This document shows, one piece after another, positions 9,545-21,349 of a DNA stretch of 64,000 bases (its first letter is position 1; each line of letters starts with the position of its first letter). The notes beneath the pieces were generated by a model. That model did not search any database and was not told where the DNA came from. It saw only the letters and a list, made by a program, of their open reading frames with translations. The DNA is from Alphaproteobacteria bacterium (GTDB lineage Bacteria; Pseudomonadota; Alphaproteobacteria; JBFXJJ01). Both the position numbers and the translations under genes were made by a program. The DNA lies in assembly GCA_050175015.1 (NCBI GenBank), contig JBFXJJ010000004.1, forward strand, positions 96,001 to 160,000. Direction: 5' to 3'.

Positions 9545-10492
9545 TTATGATAAGCGTCCTATCTGCAAAAACTTATCACGTCTTCTAGTCTTTAGCATAC
9601 CGCCTTTAACGTCGATAAATTTTTCCAAGTATTTATAAACGGTATCGCCTACAGCTTGAATAGCTGCTTCAGGATCTCTATGGGCGCCGCCAAGAGGCTC
9701 TTTAATAATTTCATCAATTATGCCAAGTTCTTTTAAATCCTGAGCCGTCATTTTTAAAGCTTCAGCCGCATCTTTGGTATTTTCTGATGAACGCCATAAA
9801 ATAGAGGCACAGCCTTCTGGAGAAATAACAGAATAAATAGAATGTTCCAACATCAAAACAGCATTAGCTCCAGCTATCGCAATAGCTCCGCCAGAACCAC
9901 CTTCGCCAATAATACAAGAAATAACAGGAACCTTTAAAGAAAAGCAGGTTTCGATACAGCGAGCAATAGCCTCAGATTGACCACGAGCCTCAGCTTCAAC
10001 GCCAGGATAAGCACCAGCAGTGTCAACAAAAGTCAAAACAGGAATGGAGAATCTATTAGCAAGATCCATTAATCTTTGAGCTTTACGATAACCTTCAGGC
10101 TTAGCCATACCAAAATTATATTTCACACGGCTCTCAGTATCATTTCCTTTTTCTTGTCCAAGAACGACAACAGAATGACCGCGAAAACGCCCTATTCCTC
10201 CTACCATAGCCATATCATCAGCAAAACATCTATCACCAGCAAGAGGAACAAAGTCTTCAATTAAAGCTTTAATATAATCTTTGCAATGAGGACGAGCTGG
10301 GTGTCTAGCAATTTGAGCTTTTTGCCAAGGCGTAAGCTTAGTATAAATTGATTTTAAAAGTTTATTTAATTTGGTTTGAAGTCTGGAAACTTCTTCCGAA
10401 ATTTTAATCCCATCATCTTCTACAAGATGCTTTAGACCTTCTATTTTATTTTCTAATTCGGCTATTGGTTTTTCAAAATCTAAAGTATTCAT
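9545..10492 (-). CDS. accA: Acetyl-CoA carboxylase carboxyltransferase alpha subunit
   Basis: LDFEKPI, ARHPARP, GYRKAQRLM, DTAGAYPG, GEGGSGGA, YSVISPEGCASILW. Confidence 0.97.
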   Translation of the reverse strand: MNTLDFEKPIAELENKIEGLKHLVEDDGIKISEEVSRLQTKLNKLLKSIYTKLTPWQKAQIARHPARPHCKDYIKALIEDFVPLAGDRCFADDMAMVGGIGRFRGHSVVVLGQEKGNDTESRVKYNFGMAKPEGYRKAQRLMDLANRFSIPVLTFVDTAGAYPGVEAEARGQSEAIARCIETCFSLKVPVISCIIGEGGSGGAIAIAGANAVLMLEHSIYSVISPEGCASILWRSSENTKDAAEALKMTAQDLKELGIIDEIIKEPLGGAHRDPEAAIQAVGDTVYKYLEKFIDVKGGMLKTRRRDKFLQIGRLS

Positions 10493-10698
10493 TATCGAAA
10501 TTTTTCCATAATTTTTATTGTTTATATAGTTTAATTTGACGCAATTATAGTATTCTGTCTTTTTTTAATCCACAAAAAACTTTAAAACTTCAAATTGAAT
10601 AGCATAACTTTTAAAAAAAACTACATTTTTTTTTAGAATTATAATAGCCTAAAGTATGAAGTTTCAAATTTTAATGCTATTTATATGGGTAGAATGAC

Positions 10699-12072
10699 GT
10701 GCTAAAAGTTTTAATCTTATTTAGTTTTTTAACAGCGGTTTCTTGTTCTTGGCTGATAAGCGCTGGCTATTATCTTTATTATAGTATTGGTATTGACAAT
10801 TTTTTATCGCTCAACCCCTCTGACTTAGCTTTATATATCTGTGCTATTATGGCTCCTATCGCTGTTATATGGCTTATTACAGGTTTCACACATCATATTT
10901 TTTCTGTCAGATATCAAAACAACCTATCAACTACTCTTCTTTATCAGGCTAGACGTTCTTCGGAACATACTGAGGCTTTAGTTAAGTCTATGCTTGAAAT
11001 TCAAGACCAAACTAAAAGCGGGGTTCTTTTACATAATATTCCAATTGCCATTAACAACCTAAACGAAATTATGGCTCAAATTGCTTTGCGTTTTGGTTTT
11101 TTAACTAGCGATGCTACTGAAAGCCTTTGGATAAAAGTCAAAAACGGCAATCTTTGGGCTTTTTGCCGTGTGATTATAGACAACGCGGCTAGAACTAGAA
11201 ACTTTGAATCTCTTCTTTTAAAACAAACTCTAAAAGATGAAACTCTAGCTTCTGCTATCATAGAATTTTGCAAACGATTTAAGCGTCTTAAAGGAATTCT
11301 ATCAAAACATGATAAAGAAAGTTTTTTAAGTGAAATTATTGAAGATGGTTCTTTGGGAAAAGTTTATGCCTTAATTAGTCCTGTTTTAAAGACCATTTCA
11401 CCAAAATCCGCTGATATTGATACTAATGATGACAAATCAAAGGAAACGGAAAGCCAAGCTTCTGAAACAGCTAGCAATGAAGAAAAATATGCTTTCTTTA
11501 AAAGTAATTTTACCAAACACGATACTTTAAATAATGATGAACATACCGATAGCAGTCTCTTTTCCGTAAAGGCTAATATCAGAACGATTGATGATTTTAG
11601 CGATGATAATAACGACGAAGTTGAAACTAAGGTCGAAACCGAAGATAAAAATCATAATGATGATGTTGACGACTCAAATGATATTGCAAATAGTTCAGAA
11701 AATGACCCTGAAAAAGATTTACCTCAGGGCATGCAGATGTCATCAAATACACCTTACAATATTTCCCCAGCTTTCTCCTCATCACCTTTCGACTATGAGA
11801 AGGAAAAAAACACTGAAATTAGTCGCTATAGTGATGAATCTGATAATGTTGCTAAAGATTATAAAAAAGAACAAGCTTATGAAACAAATTATGACTTGCC
11901 AAAACGTGAGATTTTTCTTGAGACCGAAGAAAATGAAGTAACAAACCAAGAAGAAGAGCAAGAAAATGAAAAAGAAGCTGCATTTAAAACCGATTTTTCC
12001 TATTGGGGATTAGATACTTCAGAATACAGCAGTGAAAAACAAACCTCAAAACTTCCTAAAGATGGGTTTTAA
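10699..12072 (+). CDS. Hypothetical membrane protein with TipN/GPR-like C-terminal-type domain and acidic disordered tail
   Basis: Two N-terminal TM helices, a helical domain ending GSLGKVYAL, then a ~220-aa D/E/N/S-rich tail. Confidence 0.6.
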   Translation: MLKVLILFSFLTAVSCSWLISAGYYLYYSIGIDNFLSLNPSDLALYICAIMAPIAVIWLITGFTHHIFSVRYQNNLSTTLLYQARRSSEHTEALVKSMLEIQDQTKSGVLLHNIPIAINNLNEIMAQIALRFGFLTSDATESLWIKVKNGNLWAFCRVIIDNAARTRNFESLLLKQTLKDETLASAIIEFCKRFKRLKGILSKHDKESFLSEIIEDGSLGKVYALISPVLKTISPKSADIDTNDDKSKETESQASETASNEEKYAFFKSNFTKHDTLNNDEHTDSSLFSVKANIRTIDDFSDDNNDEVETKVETEDKNHNDDVDDSNDIANSSENDPEKDLPQGMQMSSNTPYNISPAFSSSPFDYEKEKNTEISRYSDESDNVAKDYKKEQAYETNYDLPKREIFLETEENEVTNQEEEQENEKEAAFKTDFSYWGLDTSEYSSEKQTSKLPKDGF

Positions 12073-12077
12073 TTATT

Positions 12078-12854
12078 ATGATGCTTGATGCCAAAATTGT
12101 TCACTGCGCAGAAGAAATGGTTGATGCCGCTGGCACTGTTATAAAAAAATACTTCCGCCAACCTTTAGAGGCCGATGATAAACCCGACAACTCTCCTGTA
12201 ACCAAAGCCGACAAGGAAAGTGAAACGGTTATAAGAAATCTTATTGAAAAACATTTTCCTAGCCACGGAATAATTGGAGAAGAGTTTGGTTCCATAAACG
12301 AAGGGAACGACTGGGTATGGGTAATTGATCCCATTGACGGAACCAAGGCATTTATAAGCGGCAAGCCCTCTTTTGGAACACTTTTAGCCTTAACTTTTGC
12401 AGGCAATCCCGTTTTAGGAATTATAAACCAGCCGATAACAAATGAGCGCTGGCTTGGCATTACAGGTCAAGAAACTCTGTTTAACGGCAATCCTGTTAAA
12501 ACAAGAAAATGCCCAAATATCAAACAAGCAAGTCTTTATGCCACTGAACCCGAAATGTTTAATGGTGATGATAAAACGGCTTTTAACAACTTGTCTTCGC
12601 AAGTAAAAATGACAAGATTCGGTGCTGATTGTTATGCCTATGGACTGCTTGCTATGGGATTTATTGATATTGTCTGCGAAGCTTCGCTAAAACGTCACGA
12701 TTTTATGGCTATGCGCCCTATCATTGAAGGAGCTGGCGGAGTCATAACCGACTGGCAGGGCAAGGAGCTTAACATCAACAGCCAGACAGGAAAAGTTATT
12801 GCTATTGGTGACAAAGCGCTACTTGCATTATCTTTAGAATCTTTGGCGGTATAA
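12078..12854 (+). CDS. hisN: Histidinol-phosphatase (inositol monophosphatase family)
   Basis: SPVTKAD, GEEFG, WVIDPIDGTKAFISG, GADCYAYGLLAMG, ITDWQG. Confidence 0.9.
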   Translation: MMLDAKIVHCAEEMVDAAGTVIKKYFRQPLEADDKPDNSPVTKADKESETVIRNLIEKHFPSHGIIGEEFGSINEGNDWVWVIDPIDGTKAFISGKPSFGTLLALTFAGNPVLGIINQPITNERWLGITGQETLFNGNPVKTRKCPNIKQASLYATEPEMFNGDDKTAFNNLSSQVKMTRFGADCYAYGLLAMGFIDIVCEASLKRHDFMAMRPIIEGAGGVITDWQGKELNINSQTGKVIAIGDKALLALSLESLAV

Positions 12855-12861
12855 AAATTAT

Positions 12862-14712
12862 ATGAAAAAACTGTCGCTTATAATTTTATGCTTATTATTT
12901 TTTAATATAAATACCTGCTTGGCTTCTTCTAATAACATTAAAGCTGTACACGCAATAGCTATGAGAGGAACCCCCAAATATGGTGCCGATTTTAAGCATT
13001 TTGATTATATGAATCCTAATGCGCCCAAAGGCGGCAGCCTAAAAATGGCAATGCTTGAGAGCTTTGATAACTTTAACCCCTACATTATGAAAGGCGACAG
13101 CCCCTCAGGTATCGAACTTTTATTTGATAGCTTAACTATATCTTCCGACGATGAGCCTTTTACTCAATATGGTTTAATCGCAGAATCAATAAAAATGCCT
13201 CAAGACCGTTCGTGGGTTGGCTTTAATATCAGAAGAGAGGCTAAATTTCACGATGGAGTCCCAATAACCGCTGATGATGTTGTCTTCTCCTTTAATACCT
13301 TAAGAGAAAAAGGAACTCCTTTTTACCGTTTTTATTATGCTGGGGTTAAAAGCGTAAAAGCTGTTAGCAAAAATTATGTCCGCTTCGATTTTTCAGACAG
13401 CAGCAATCACGAACTGCCATTAATTATCGGTCAAATGCCTATACTTCCTAAGCATTACTGGCAAGATAAAGAGTTTGAACAAACAACATTAACGCCCCCG
13501 CTGGGCAGCGGCCCTTACCTGATTGCTGATTTTGAAACAGGACGATATATAACTTATAACCGTATTAAAGACTATTGGGCTAAAGACCTCCCTGTTAATG
13601 TCGGGCGCTATAATTTTGATACTATTAGGTATGATGTTTACCGAGATACTGCGGTTGCCGTTAAAGCCTTTCTTTCTGGAAACTTTGATATAAGAAGAGA
13701 AAACGAAGCCAAACGCTGGGCTGTTTCTTATAATACCCCAGCCATCAAAGATGGTGAAATTATAAAAAGAGAATTCAAACACGGTATGGCAAGTGGAATG
13801 CAAGGGTTTGTCTTTAATATCAGACGTCCCCTATTTTCTGACAAGAGAGTGAGAGAAGCCTTGTCTTATGCTCTTGATTTTGATTGGTCTAACAAAATTT
13901 TATTTTACAATCAATACGTTAGAACAAAAAGTTACTTTGATAATTCCAGTTTAGCCTCTTCAGGTTTGCCATCAACTGAAGAATTAAAGCTGCTTAACCC
14001 TTTAAAAAAAGACATTCCCCAAAAAGTTTTCACTCAAGAATATCAGCCGCCATCTTCTGACGGCAGTGGTTACATTAGAGATAATTTAAAAAAAGCCTTA
14101 AAACTTCTAAACGATGCAGGCTGGAATTTAAAGAATGGTCAAATGATAAACAGTGAGACTGGCGAAGCTTTAGAGTTCGAGATTTTAAACTATTCATCTG
14201 CCAGCGCAGCTTGGGAGAGAATCTGTTTACCTTTTATCAAAAACTTAAGCAAAATTGGGGTTACTGCTAAATTTAGATCGGTTGATGTTAATCTTTACAT
14301 CAATCGCTTAAGAAGTTTTGACTTTGATGTAACAGTTGGCGTTTTTCCGCAATCGTTATCTCCAGGCAATGAACAAACCGAATTTTTTGGAAGCGAGGCA
14401 GCAAACCGTGAAGGCAGCCGTAATTATATTGGCGTTGCCAATAAAGCTGTTGATGCCCTTATTTCTAAAATCATCACCGCAACTAGTGAAAAAGAACTAG
14501 AAACCGCCACCAAAGCCTTAGATCGTGTTTTGTTATGGAACTTTTATGTTATTCCAAATTGGCATATTCCTTATGATAGAATTGCCTATTGGAATAAATT
14601 TGGCATTCCAGACGGCTTTAGAATAACAATGCCCGATATTATGAGTTGGTGGAGCAAAGACGCTAATCTTGCAAATCCTAATTTAGAAGCAGAAAAAAGC
14701 GAGGATAAATAA
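12862..14712 (+). CDS. yejA: Peptide/microcin C ABC transporter substrate-binding protein
   Basis: Signal peptide, [33 protein letters not shown]. Confidence 0.9.
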   Translation: MKKLSLIILCLLFFNINTCLASSNNIKAVHAIAMRGTPKYGADFKHFDYMNPNAPKGGSLKMAMLESFDNFNPYIMKGDSPSGIELLFDSLTISSDDEPFTQYGLIAESIKMPQDRSWVGFNIRREAKFHDGVPITADDVVFSFNTLREKGTPFYRFYYAGVKSVKAVSKNYVRFDFSDSSNHELPLIIGQMPILPKHYWQDKEFEQTTLTPPLGSGPYLIADFETGRYITYNRIKDYWAKDLPVNVGRYNFDTIRYDVYRDTAVAVKAFLSGNFDIRRENEAKRWAVSYNTPAIKDGEIIKREFKHGMASGMQGFVFNIRRPLFSDKRVREALSYALDFDWSNKILFYNQYVRTKSYFDNSSLASSGLPSTEELKLLNPLKKDIPQKVFTQEYQPPSSDGSGYIRDNLKKALKLLNDAGWNLKNGQMINSETGEALEFEILNYSSASAAWERICLPFIKNLSKIGVTAKFRSVDVNLYINRLRSFDFDVTVGVFPQSLSPGNEQTEFFGSEAANREGSRNYIGVANKAVDALISKIITATSEKELETATKALDRVLLWNFYVIPNWHIPYDRIAYWNKFGIPDGFRITMPDIMSWWSKDANLANPNLEAEKSEDK

Positions 14713-14713
14713 G

Positions 14714-15829
14714 ATGAAATATTATCTTTTAAAAAGGCTTTTGCTGATTCCTTTTACTCTCTTTGGAATTATGCTGCTTAATTTTGTTTTTATTCAGCTG
14801 GCACCAGGCGGACCGGTTGAAAGAGTTATCGCCTCGTTAGAAGGTTTTGATGATGCGGCGACGGCTCGGTTATCAGGAAATGCCTCAGGAAGCTCCGAGA
14901 CTATGCGGACAGGAAATCGCAAGATGAGCGCCTCTTCTTCAAGCAAATATCGAGGAGCCGAAGGGATTAATCCTGAGTTTATTGCCGAGCTAGAAAAACG
15001 CTTTGGTTTTGATAAGCCTTTACATACTCGTTTTTTCATTATGCTCAAAAACTATTTAAAATTTGATTTTGGCAGCAGTTTTTACCGTGATACTGGCGTT
15101 ATCGACCTTATAATTTCTAAGCTTCCTGTATCTATATCTCTTGGTTTATGGTCAACATTATTAATCTATTTAATATCAATTCCGCTGGGCATAACAAAGG
15201 CCGTTCGAGACGGATCTCGCTTCGACATCGCCAGCAGTTGGTTTATTACCATAGGTTATGCGGTGCCTTCTTTCCTTTTTGCAATCTTTTTAATCGTGCT
15301 TTTCTGCGGCGGTAGCTATCTGCAATGGTTTCCTTTAAAAGGATTAACATCTGATGACTGGGACAGGTTTTCAACTTTTCACAAAATTACCGATTATTTC
15401 TGGCATATTGCACTTCCTGTAACCGCAATGACTATTGGCGGCTTTGCAGGGCTTACAATGCTGACTAAAAATTCTTTTGTTGAAGAAATTCACAAACAAT
15501 ATGTCATAACAGCAAGAGCAAAGGGACTTTCAGAAAAACGAGTTTTATACTGCCACGTTTTCCGCAATGCAATGCTGCTCGTAATTGCTGGTTTTCCATC
15601 ACTTATAATATCTATGCTTTTTACAGGGTCGGTTTTAATTGAAATTATCTTTTCTTTAGACGGCATTGGTCTTTTAGGATATGAAGCCGTTATGAATCGT
15701 GATTATCCTATAATCTTTGGAACGCTTTATCTCTTTGGTTTAATTGGTCTTATTCTTAATCTTGTTTGTGATTTAACCTATCATTTAATCGATCCTCGAA
15801 TTGATTTTAGCAAAAAAGAGGTTAGATAA
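14714..15829 (+). CDS. yejB: ABC transporter permease YejB
   Basis: APGGPVE, YRGAEG..PEFIAEL...[21 protein letters not shown]. Confidence 0.92.
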   Translation: MKYYLLKRLLLIPFTLFGIMLLNFVFIQLAPGGPVERVIASLEGFDDAATARLSGNASGSSETMRTGNRKMSASSSSKYRGAEGINPEFIAELEKRFGFDKPLHTRFFIMLKNYLKFDFGSSFYRDTGVIDLIISKLPVSISLGLWSTLLIYLISIPLGITKAVRDGSRFDIASSWFITIGYAVPSFLFAIFLIVLFCGGSYLQWFPLKGLTSDDWDRFSTFHKITDYFWHIALPVTAMTIGGFAGLTMLTKNSFVEEIHKQYVITARAKGLSEKRVLYCHVFRNAMLLVIAGFPSLIISMLFTGSVLIEIIFSLDGIGLLGYEAVMNRDYPIIFGTLYLFGLIGLILNLVCDLTYHLIDPRIDFSKKEVR

Positions 15830-16857
15830 TGTTTGATTTTTCACCACTTACTAAGCGCCGTATTCATAATTTCAAGGCAAACAAAAGAGGATATATCTCT
15901 CTTGTGGTTTTTATGATTTTAGCTTTACTTTCGTGCCTTGCCGAATTAATTGCGAATGACAAGCCTCTTTTCATAAGGTATCAACATCATAATTACTTCC
16001 CTATCTTATCTGATTATTATGACAGCGATTTTGGCGGCGACTTTGAAGCGGCTGTTGATTATAAAGACCCCTTTATAATTAATAACATTAATCAAAATGG
16101 CGTTATAATCTGGACACCAATAAAATACAGTTACGATACAATCAACTTTGACCTCGAAAAACCAGCGCCATCGGCTCCTTCGCTTAAGCATCTTTTAGGA
16201 ACCGATGACTTAGGAAGAGACGTTTTAGCCCGTTTAATATACGGTTTTAGAATTTCAATTATTTTTGGCTTGGTTTTAACATTATTATCAACTTTGATTG
16301 GCGTTTTTGCAGGAGCCGTTCAAGGATATTTTGGCGGCAAAATAGACTTAGTTCTTCAGCGCCTTATTGAAATTTGGGATTCTCTGCCGCAGCTTTTTAT
16401 CTTAATTATTATTTCAAGCATCTTGGTTCCTGGATTCTGGACATTGCTCCTGATTATTTTGATGTTTCGCTGGACATCTCTAGTTGGGGTTGTCAGAGCA
16501 GAATTTCTAAGAGGACGCAACTTCGATTATGTAAGAGCCGCTAGAGCTTTAGGCGTTTCTGATACTAAAATAATTATAAAGCACGTACTCCCTAACGCTA
16601 TGATTGCCACCATAACATTTATGCCTTTCATTTTGTCTGCGGCAATTACATCACTCACAGCGCTTGATTTCTTAGGACTTGGGCTTCCGTCAGGCTCTCC
16701 GTCTCTGGGGGATTTACTGCGGCAAGGAAAAGAAAATTTAGAAGCTCCTTGGCTCGGGCTAACTGGTTTCTTTTCATTAGCGGTTATGTTGACGCTGCTT
16801 GTCTTTATTGGAGAAGCTGTCAGAGATGCCTTCGATCCTAGAAAAAATAATGCGTAA
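15829..16857 (+). CDS. yejE: ABC transporter permease YejE
   Basis: FKANKRGY, AELIANDKP, LGTDDLGRDVLARLIYGFR, VRAEFLRGRNFDYV. Confidence 0.92.
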   Translation: MFDFSPLTKRRIHNFKANKRGYISLVVFMILALLSCLAELIANDKPLFIRYQHHNYFPILSDYYDSDFGGDFEAAVDYKDPFIINNINQNGVIIWTPIKYSYDTINFDLEKPAPSAPSLKHLLGTDDLGRDVLARLIYGFRISIIFGLVLTLLSTLIGVFAGAVQGYFGGKIDLVLQRLIEIWDSLPQLFILIIISSILVPGFWTLLLIILMFRWTSLVGVVRAEFLRGRNFDYVRAARALGVSDTKIIIKHVLPNAMIATITFMPFILSAAITSLTALDFLGLGLPSGSPSLGDLLRQGKENLEAPWLGLTGFFSLAVMLTLLVFIGEAVRDAFDPRKNNA

Positions 16858-16872
16858 GGGAATTTATAACTT

Positions 16873-18480
16873 ATGAATACAACTTCCAAATTATTAGAAA
16901 TTTCTAACCTCTACGTATCTTTCGATAAAGGAAACAAAGAAATTGAAGCCGTAAAGGGAATAACTCTTAATGTTGAAAGAGGCGAAGCTGTTGGAATCGT
17001 GGGTGAAAGCGGCTCGGGTAAATCTGTTACCGCATTATCTATCCTCAAACTTCTGCCTTATCCCTATGCTTGGCATAAAGATGGAAGTATAAAATTTAAA
17101 GATAACGATTTACTAAACGCCTCGGATAAAACTATAAGAGCAATTAGAGGCGATAAAATTGCTATGATTTTTCAAGAACCAATGACATCGCTTAATCCCC
17201 TGCGCAGCATTGAAAAGCAAATTTCAGAAGTTCTTGAAATTCATAAAGGGATAAAGGGTAAAGAAGCCCGAAAAAGAGTTTTAGAGCTTTTAGAAAAAGT
17301 AGGGCTAAATGAAGCCGAGAGCAGATTAAAAGCCCTTCCTCACGAACTATCAGGAGGACAGCGCCAGCGAGTAATGATTGCTATGGCTCTGGCGGGAGAA
17401 CCTGAACTTTTAATCGCAGATGAACCGACAACCGCTTTAGATGTTACCATTCAGGCACAAATCATTGAGCTTTTATTAAAATTAAAAGAAGAGATGAATA
17501 TGGCTCTAATTTTAATAACTCACGATTTATCGTTAGTAAAAAAAGCCACAACCAAGCTTTATCTTATGAAAAACGGCAAGATTGTTGAAACAGGCAAAAC
17601 CAAAGATGTCTTGACCAATCCCAGACACGAATACACCAAACGTCTAATCGCATCTGTTCCCAAAGGCGAACCACTTAACGTCTCTTTAGATTCCGAGCTT
17701 CTTCTCAAAACAGATAAACTTAATGTCCATTTTCCCTTAAAGAAAAATTTTTGGGGCAAACCACTTAGCTATATCAAAGCTGTAAATGACATAGACTTAA
17801 ATCTAAAACAGGGAACGACTTTAGGATTAGTCGGGGAAAGCGGCTCAGGTAAAACCACGCTTGGGCTTGCCTTAATGAGGCTTATTTCTAGCAAAGGCAC
17901 CGTTGTTTTTAATAGCAGCAACTTAAGCAACCTTGGTTTTAAAAAACTAAAACCATTTCGCAAAGATATGCAGATTGTTTTCCAAGATCCTTTTGGTTCT
18001 TTAAGCCCCCGTATGAGTATTGGCGATATTGTTACCGAAGGTTTAGCCGTTCACAAAATTGGACTAAATCACCAAGAACGATTAAAAATCGCTGCCAATG
18101 TCCTAGAAGAAGTTGGGCTGGATAAAAGTGCTTTAAACCGCTATCCTCACGAATTCTCAGGTGGTCAACGCCAAAGAATTTCTATGGCAAGAGCTCTTAT
18201 TTTAAAACCAAAGCTTATCATTTTTGATGAACCAACATCAGCCCTAGATGTTTCTATCCAAGCTCAGATAATTGACTTATTAAAAACTTTGCAGAACAAA
18301 TACAACCTAACTTATATTTTTATCAGCCACGATTTAAAGGTTGTTAAGGCTTTGGCTCACGAAATCGCTATTATGAAAGATGGTAAAATTATAGAGTTTG
18401 GAACATCTTTTGAGGTTTTTAAAAATCCCAAAAACGATTATACTAAAAATTTAATTGCTTCGGCTTTTGATTTTGTTTGA
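16873..18480 (+). CDS. yejF: ABC transporter dual ATPase YejF
   Basis: Two Walker A motifs (GESGSGKS/T) and two SGGQRQR signatures. Confidence 0.92.
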   Translation: MNTTSKLLEISNLYVSFDKGNKEIEAVKGITLNVERGEAVGIVGESGSGKSVTALSILKLLPYPYAWHKDGSIKFKDNDLLNASDKTIRAIRGDKIAMIFQEPMTSLNPLRSIEKQISEVLEIHKGIKGKEARKRVLELLEKVGLNEAESRLKALPHELSGGQRQRVMIAMALAGEPELLIADEPTTALDVTIQAQIIELLLKLKEEMNMALILITHDLSLVKKATTKLYLMKNGKIVETGKTKDVLTNPRHEYTKRLIASVPKGEPLNVSLDSELLLKTDKLNVHFPLKKNFWGKPLSYIKAVNDIDLNLKQGTTLGLVGESGSGKTTLGLALMRLISSKGTVVFNSSNLSNLGFKKLKPFRKDMQIVFQDPFGSLSPRMSIGDIVTEGLAVHKIGLNHQERLKIAANVLEEVGLDKSALNRYPHEFSGGQRQRISMARALILKPKLIIFDEPTSALDVSIQAQIIDLLKTLQNKYNLTYIFISHDLKVVKALAHEIAIMKDGKIIEFGTSFEVFKNPKNDYTKNLIASAFDFV

Positions 18481-18554
18481 TAGTTTGTTTGCTAAAGCTA
18501 TAAAAATGATATAATTATGATAATACTTTTTAGGATTTTTTAAGGAATATTCTT

Positions 18555-18836
18555 ATGAGCGAAGAAATAACTGCAATCCAGCAAAATTTTAATCACCCAG
18601 CTATTTACAATGTAAGAATAAATCTTTCGGTTGTACTTGGATCGGCTAACCTTAGAGTTCATCAGCTTCTTAAACTCGGACGTGGTGCAGTCGTTGAGCT
18701 TGAACGTAAAGCAAACGAACCTGTTGAGGTCTTTGCCAACGATATTCTCGTCGCTAAAGGTGAAGTCGTGATTACTGGAGACGATATGATTGGAGTTACG
18801 TTGACCGACCTTGTTTCTTCATCAAAAGATCTTTAA
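18555..18836 (+). CDS. FliM/FliN (SpoA domain) family protein
   Basis: LSVVLG, LLKLGRGAVVEL, EPVEVFANDILVAKGEVVI. Confidence 0.85.
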   Translation: MSEEITAIQQNFNHPAIYNVRINLSVVLGSANLRVHQLLKLGRGAVVELERKANEPVEVFANDILVAKGEVVITGDDMIGVTLTDLVSSSKDL

Positions 18837-18875
18837 AAAAATTAAATCAATAAAAAATCAATAAGGTACTTTGCT

Positions 18876-20642
18876 TTGTCTTCCAAAAAACGCATAAAAA
18901 CAAATATTCCAACTTTTAGATTAATAAAAAGATTATGGAAAGCCGCTATAAAAGAACATTTTGGGCTGATTCTTATAGCTCTGTTCTTTATGATCGTAAA
19001 TGCTGCTGGTGAAGCTTTCAGTATTAAAATGCTGGAACCTGTTGTCGATAAAGTTTTTGTTGAAAAGAACCAAGCTCTTCTTTGGCCTATAGGTTTTATT
19101 GTTATTTCTATTTTTGCCATTAAAAGCTTAGCCGCTTATGGACAAGCTGGACTTATGAGTCTTATCGGCTTGCGTGTTATCAATAATATTCAAAAACGCC
19201 TTTTTGGTCATATTGTAATTATGGATAACAAATTTTTTACAACCAACAAAATAGGAAAACTGGTCTCAAGATGTACCGTTGACACTCTTATGCTTAGAAC
19301 GGCCGTCTCTGACACCTTAGTTAGCATCGGCAAAGATGCTTCAGAAACATTTTTCTTAGTTGTCTTAATGTTTATGCAAGATGTCAGACTGGCATCGGTT
19401 GTTTTCTTTATCTTCCCTCTCGCCTTTTATCCTTTGATTATGCTCGGCAAAAGAATGCGCAAAGTAACAATCAATACACAAGAAGAACTGGGTCAATTTA
19501 ATACTATTTTAGAACAAAGCTTCCACGGTATAAATATTGTAAAAGCTTATGGTATGGAAGATTACGAAAAAAAATGCGCCAACGATACTTCAGACAATAT
19601 TATGGAATTATCATATAAGGCGGCAAAAACTAGGGCTATGTCTAGACCTTTGATGGAATTCTTGGGCGGTATTGCTATTACAGTTGTGATTGTTTATGGC
19701 GGCAGCCGAGTTATTGATGGCGCCACAACGCCTGGTGGTTTTTTTGCCTTTATCGGCGCCCTTCTTACCTGCTATCGCCCAATGAAATCGCTCGCTAATC
19801 TTAATGTAAATCTTCAAGAAGGATTAGCCAGCGCCGAAAGAATATTTAATGTCTTAGATACAGAACCTGAGATACAAGATTTACCAAGCTCAAAAAATAT
19901 CGATATTAAAGAAGGCAACATTTCCTTTAATAATGTTTCTTTCTCCTATGGTGATAATATTCCAGCTGTTGCCAATATTTCTTTTACCGCAAACAAAGGA
20001 AAAACCATCGCTCTTGTTGGCTCATCAGGTGCTGGAAAAAGCACTCTTTTGAACCTTATTCCAAGATTTTATGACATTGATGACGGCGCTATTACAATTA
20101 ACGATTTTGACATCAGAGATTTAAGCCTTGCTTCTCTTAGAAAATCAATATCACTAGTAAGCCAAGATGTAACCCTTTTTGACGATACCGTAAGAGCCAA
20201 TATTCTTTATGGCAAATTTGATGCCTCAGAAGAAGATGTTATTAAAGCGGCTAAAGATGCGGCGGCTCATGAATTTATTATGGAGCTTCCCTATGGTTAT
20301 AATACTATTGTGGGTGAACGGGGCGCTAAATTATCGGGCGGGCAAAAACAACGTGTAGCAATCGCTAGAGCGATGATAAAAAATGCCCCTATTCTATTGC
20401 TTGATGAAGCGACATCTGCCCTTGATACCGAATCAGAAAGACAAGTTCAAGAAGCCCTTGAAACTCTTATGAAAGGAAGAACAACAATCGTAATAGCTCA
20501 CCGCCTTTCAACCATTATTAACGCTGACCTTATTTACGTTATTGATAATGGCAAAATAGTTGAATATGGTTCTCACGACGAACTGCTTACCAAAGACAAT
20601 TACTACGCCAAATTATATAAGCTTCAATTTAAGAATGATTAA
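18876..20642 (+). CDS. msbA: Lipid A export ABC transporter MsbA
   Basis: TMD plus NBD with GSSGAGKS, LSGGQKQR and DEATSALD; sits in a lipid A operon. Confidence 0.88.
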   Translation: MSSKKRIKTNIPTFRLIKRLWKAAIKEHFGLILIALFFMIVNAAGEAFSIKMLEPVVDKVFVEKNQALLWPIGFIVISIFAIKSLAAYGQAGLMSLIGLRVINNIQKRLFGHIVIMDNKFFTTNKIGKLVSRCTVDTLMLRTAVSDTLVSIGKDASETFFLVVLMFMQDVRLASVVFFIFPLAFYPLIMLGKRMRKVTINTQEELGQFNTILEQSFHGINIVKAYGMEDYEKKCANDTSDNIMELSYKAAKTRAMSRPLMEFLGGIAITVVIVYGGSRVIDGATTPGGFFAFIGALLTCYRPMKSLANLNVNLQEGLASAERIFNVLDTEPEIQDLPSSKNIDIKEGNISFNNVSFSYGDNIPAVANISFTANKGKTIALVGSSGAGKSTLLNLIPRFYDIDDGAITINDFDIRDLSLASLRKSISLVSQDVTLFDDTVRANILYGKFDASEEDVIKAAKDAAAHEFIMELPYGYNTIVGERGAKLSGGQKQRVAIARAMIKNAPILLLDEATSALDTESERQVQEALETLMKGRTTIVIAHRLSTIINADLIYVIDNGKIVEYGSHDELLTKDNYYAKLYKLQFKND

Positions 20643-21339
20643 AAAACACTTCAAAAAACTGCTGAAAATCGTTGGCAACAGCTCTATAGCAAGAAAAGGG
20701 CTTTGTCTTATCTTAATCGTTGTTGTAAGATTTGTTCATTTTACAGGACGTTTTAAATATATTGGCACCGAGAATATTGAACCTTTCTGGCAAGAAAAAA
20801 AACCTGTAATTATGGCAACTTGGCATAGCCGAATTATGCTGGTTACCTATTTTTGGAGAACAAAAAATCTCATAAATGCGTTGGTATCACCTCATCGTGA
20901 TGGTCTGATACTTTCCAGCATCTTTAGAAATTTTGGAGTCAAAGTTATAAATGGCTCAAGTTTTAAAAATCCTGCCCGAGCCGCCGTTGCTTTAAAAAAA
21001 ATGCTGGATCAAAATGAATCCATTGCCATTACGCCAGACGGTCCTAGAGGACCTCGAATGAAATTAGGCTCCAGCCTGATTTATTTTGCTAAAATATCAG
21101 GAGCTCCCGTAATTCCTATTATATATTCTACAAACCGCTGCATAATATTAAACAGCTGGGATCGCTTTATGTTGGTTCTTCCTTTTGCTAAAGGGGTCTT
21201 CTTTTATGGAAAACCTTTTTTCGTTCCTAAAGACAGCGATGAAACAACTATGGAAAATTTGCGGATAAAGCTTGAAAAAGAATTAATAGATTTGCAAAAT
21301 AAAGCCGATGAAATGATGAACCTAAAGCCTATTAATTAA
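20635..21339 (+). CDS. DUF374 / lysophospholipid acyltransferase-like protein
   Basis: WHSR, SPHRDG, ITPDGPRGP, SWDRFMLVLPF. The ATG at 20635 overlaps the msbA stop. Confidence 0.85.
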   Translation: MIKKHFKKLLKIVGNSSIARKGLCLILIVVVRFVHFTGRFKYIGTENIEPFWQEKKPVIMATWHSRIMLVTYFWRTKNLINALVSPHRDGLILSSIFRNFGVKVINGSSFKNPARAAVALKKMLDQNESIAITPDGPRGPRMKLGSSLIYFAKISGAPVIPIIYSTNRCIILNSWDRFMLVLPFAKGVFFYGKPFFVPKDSDETTMENLRIKLEKELIDLQNKADEMMNLKPIN

Positions 21340-21349
21340 GGATTTTTAG

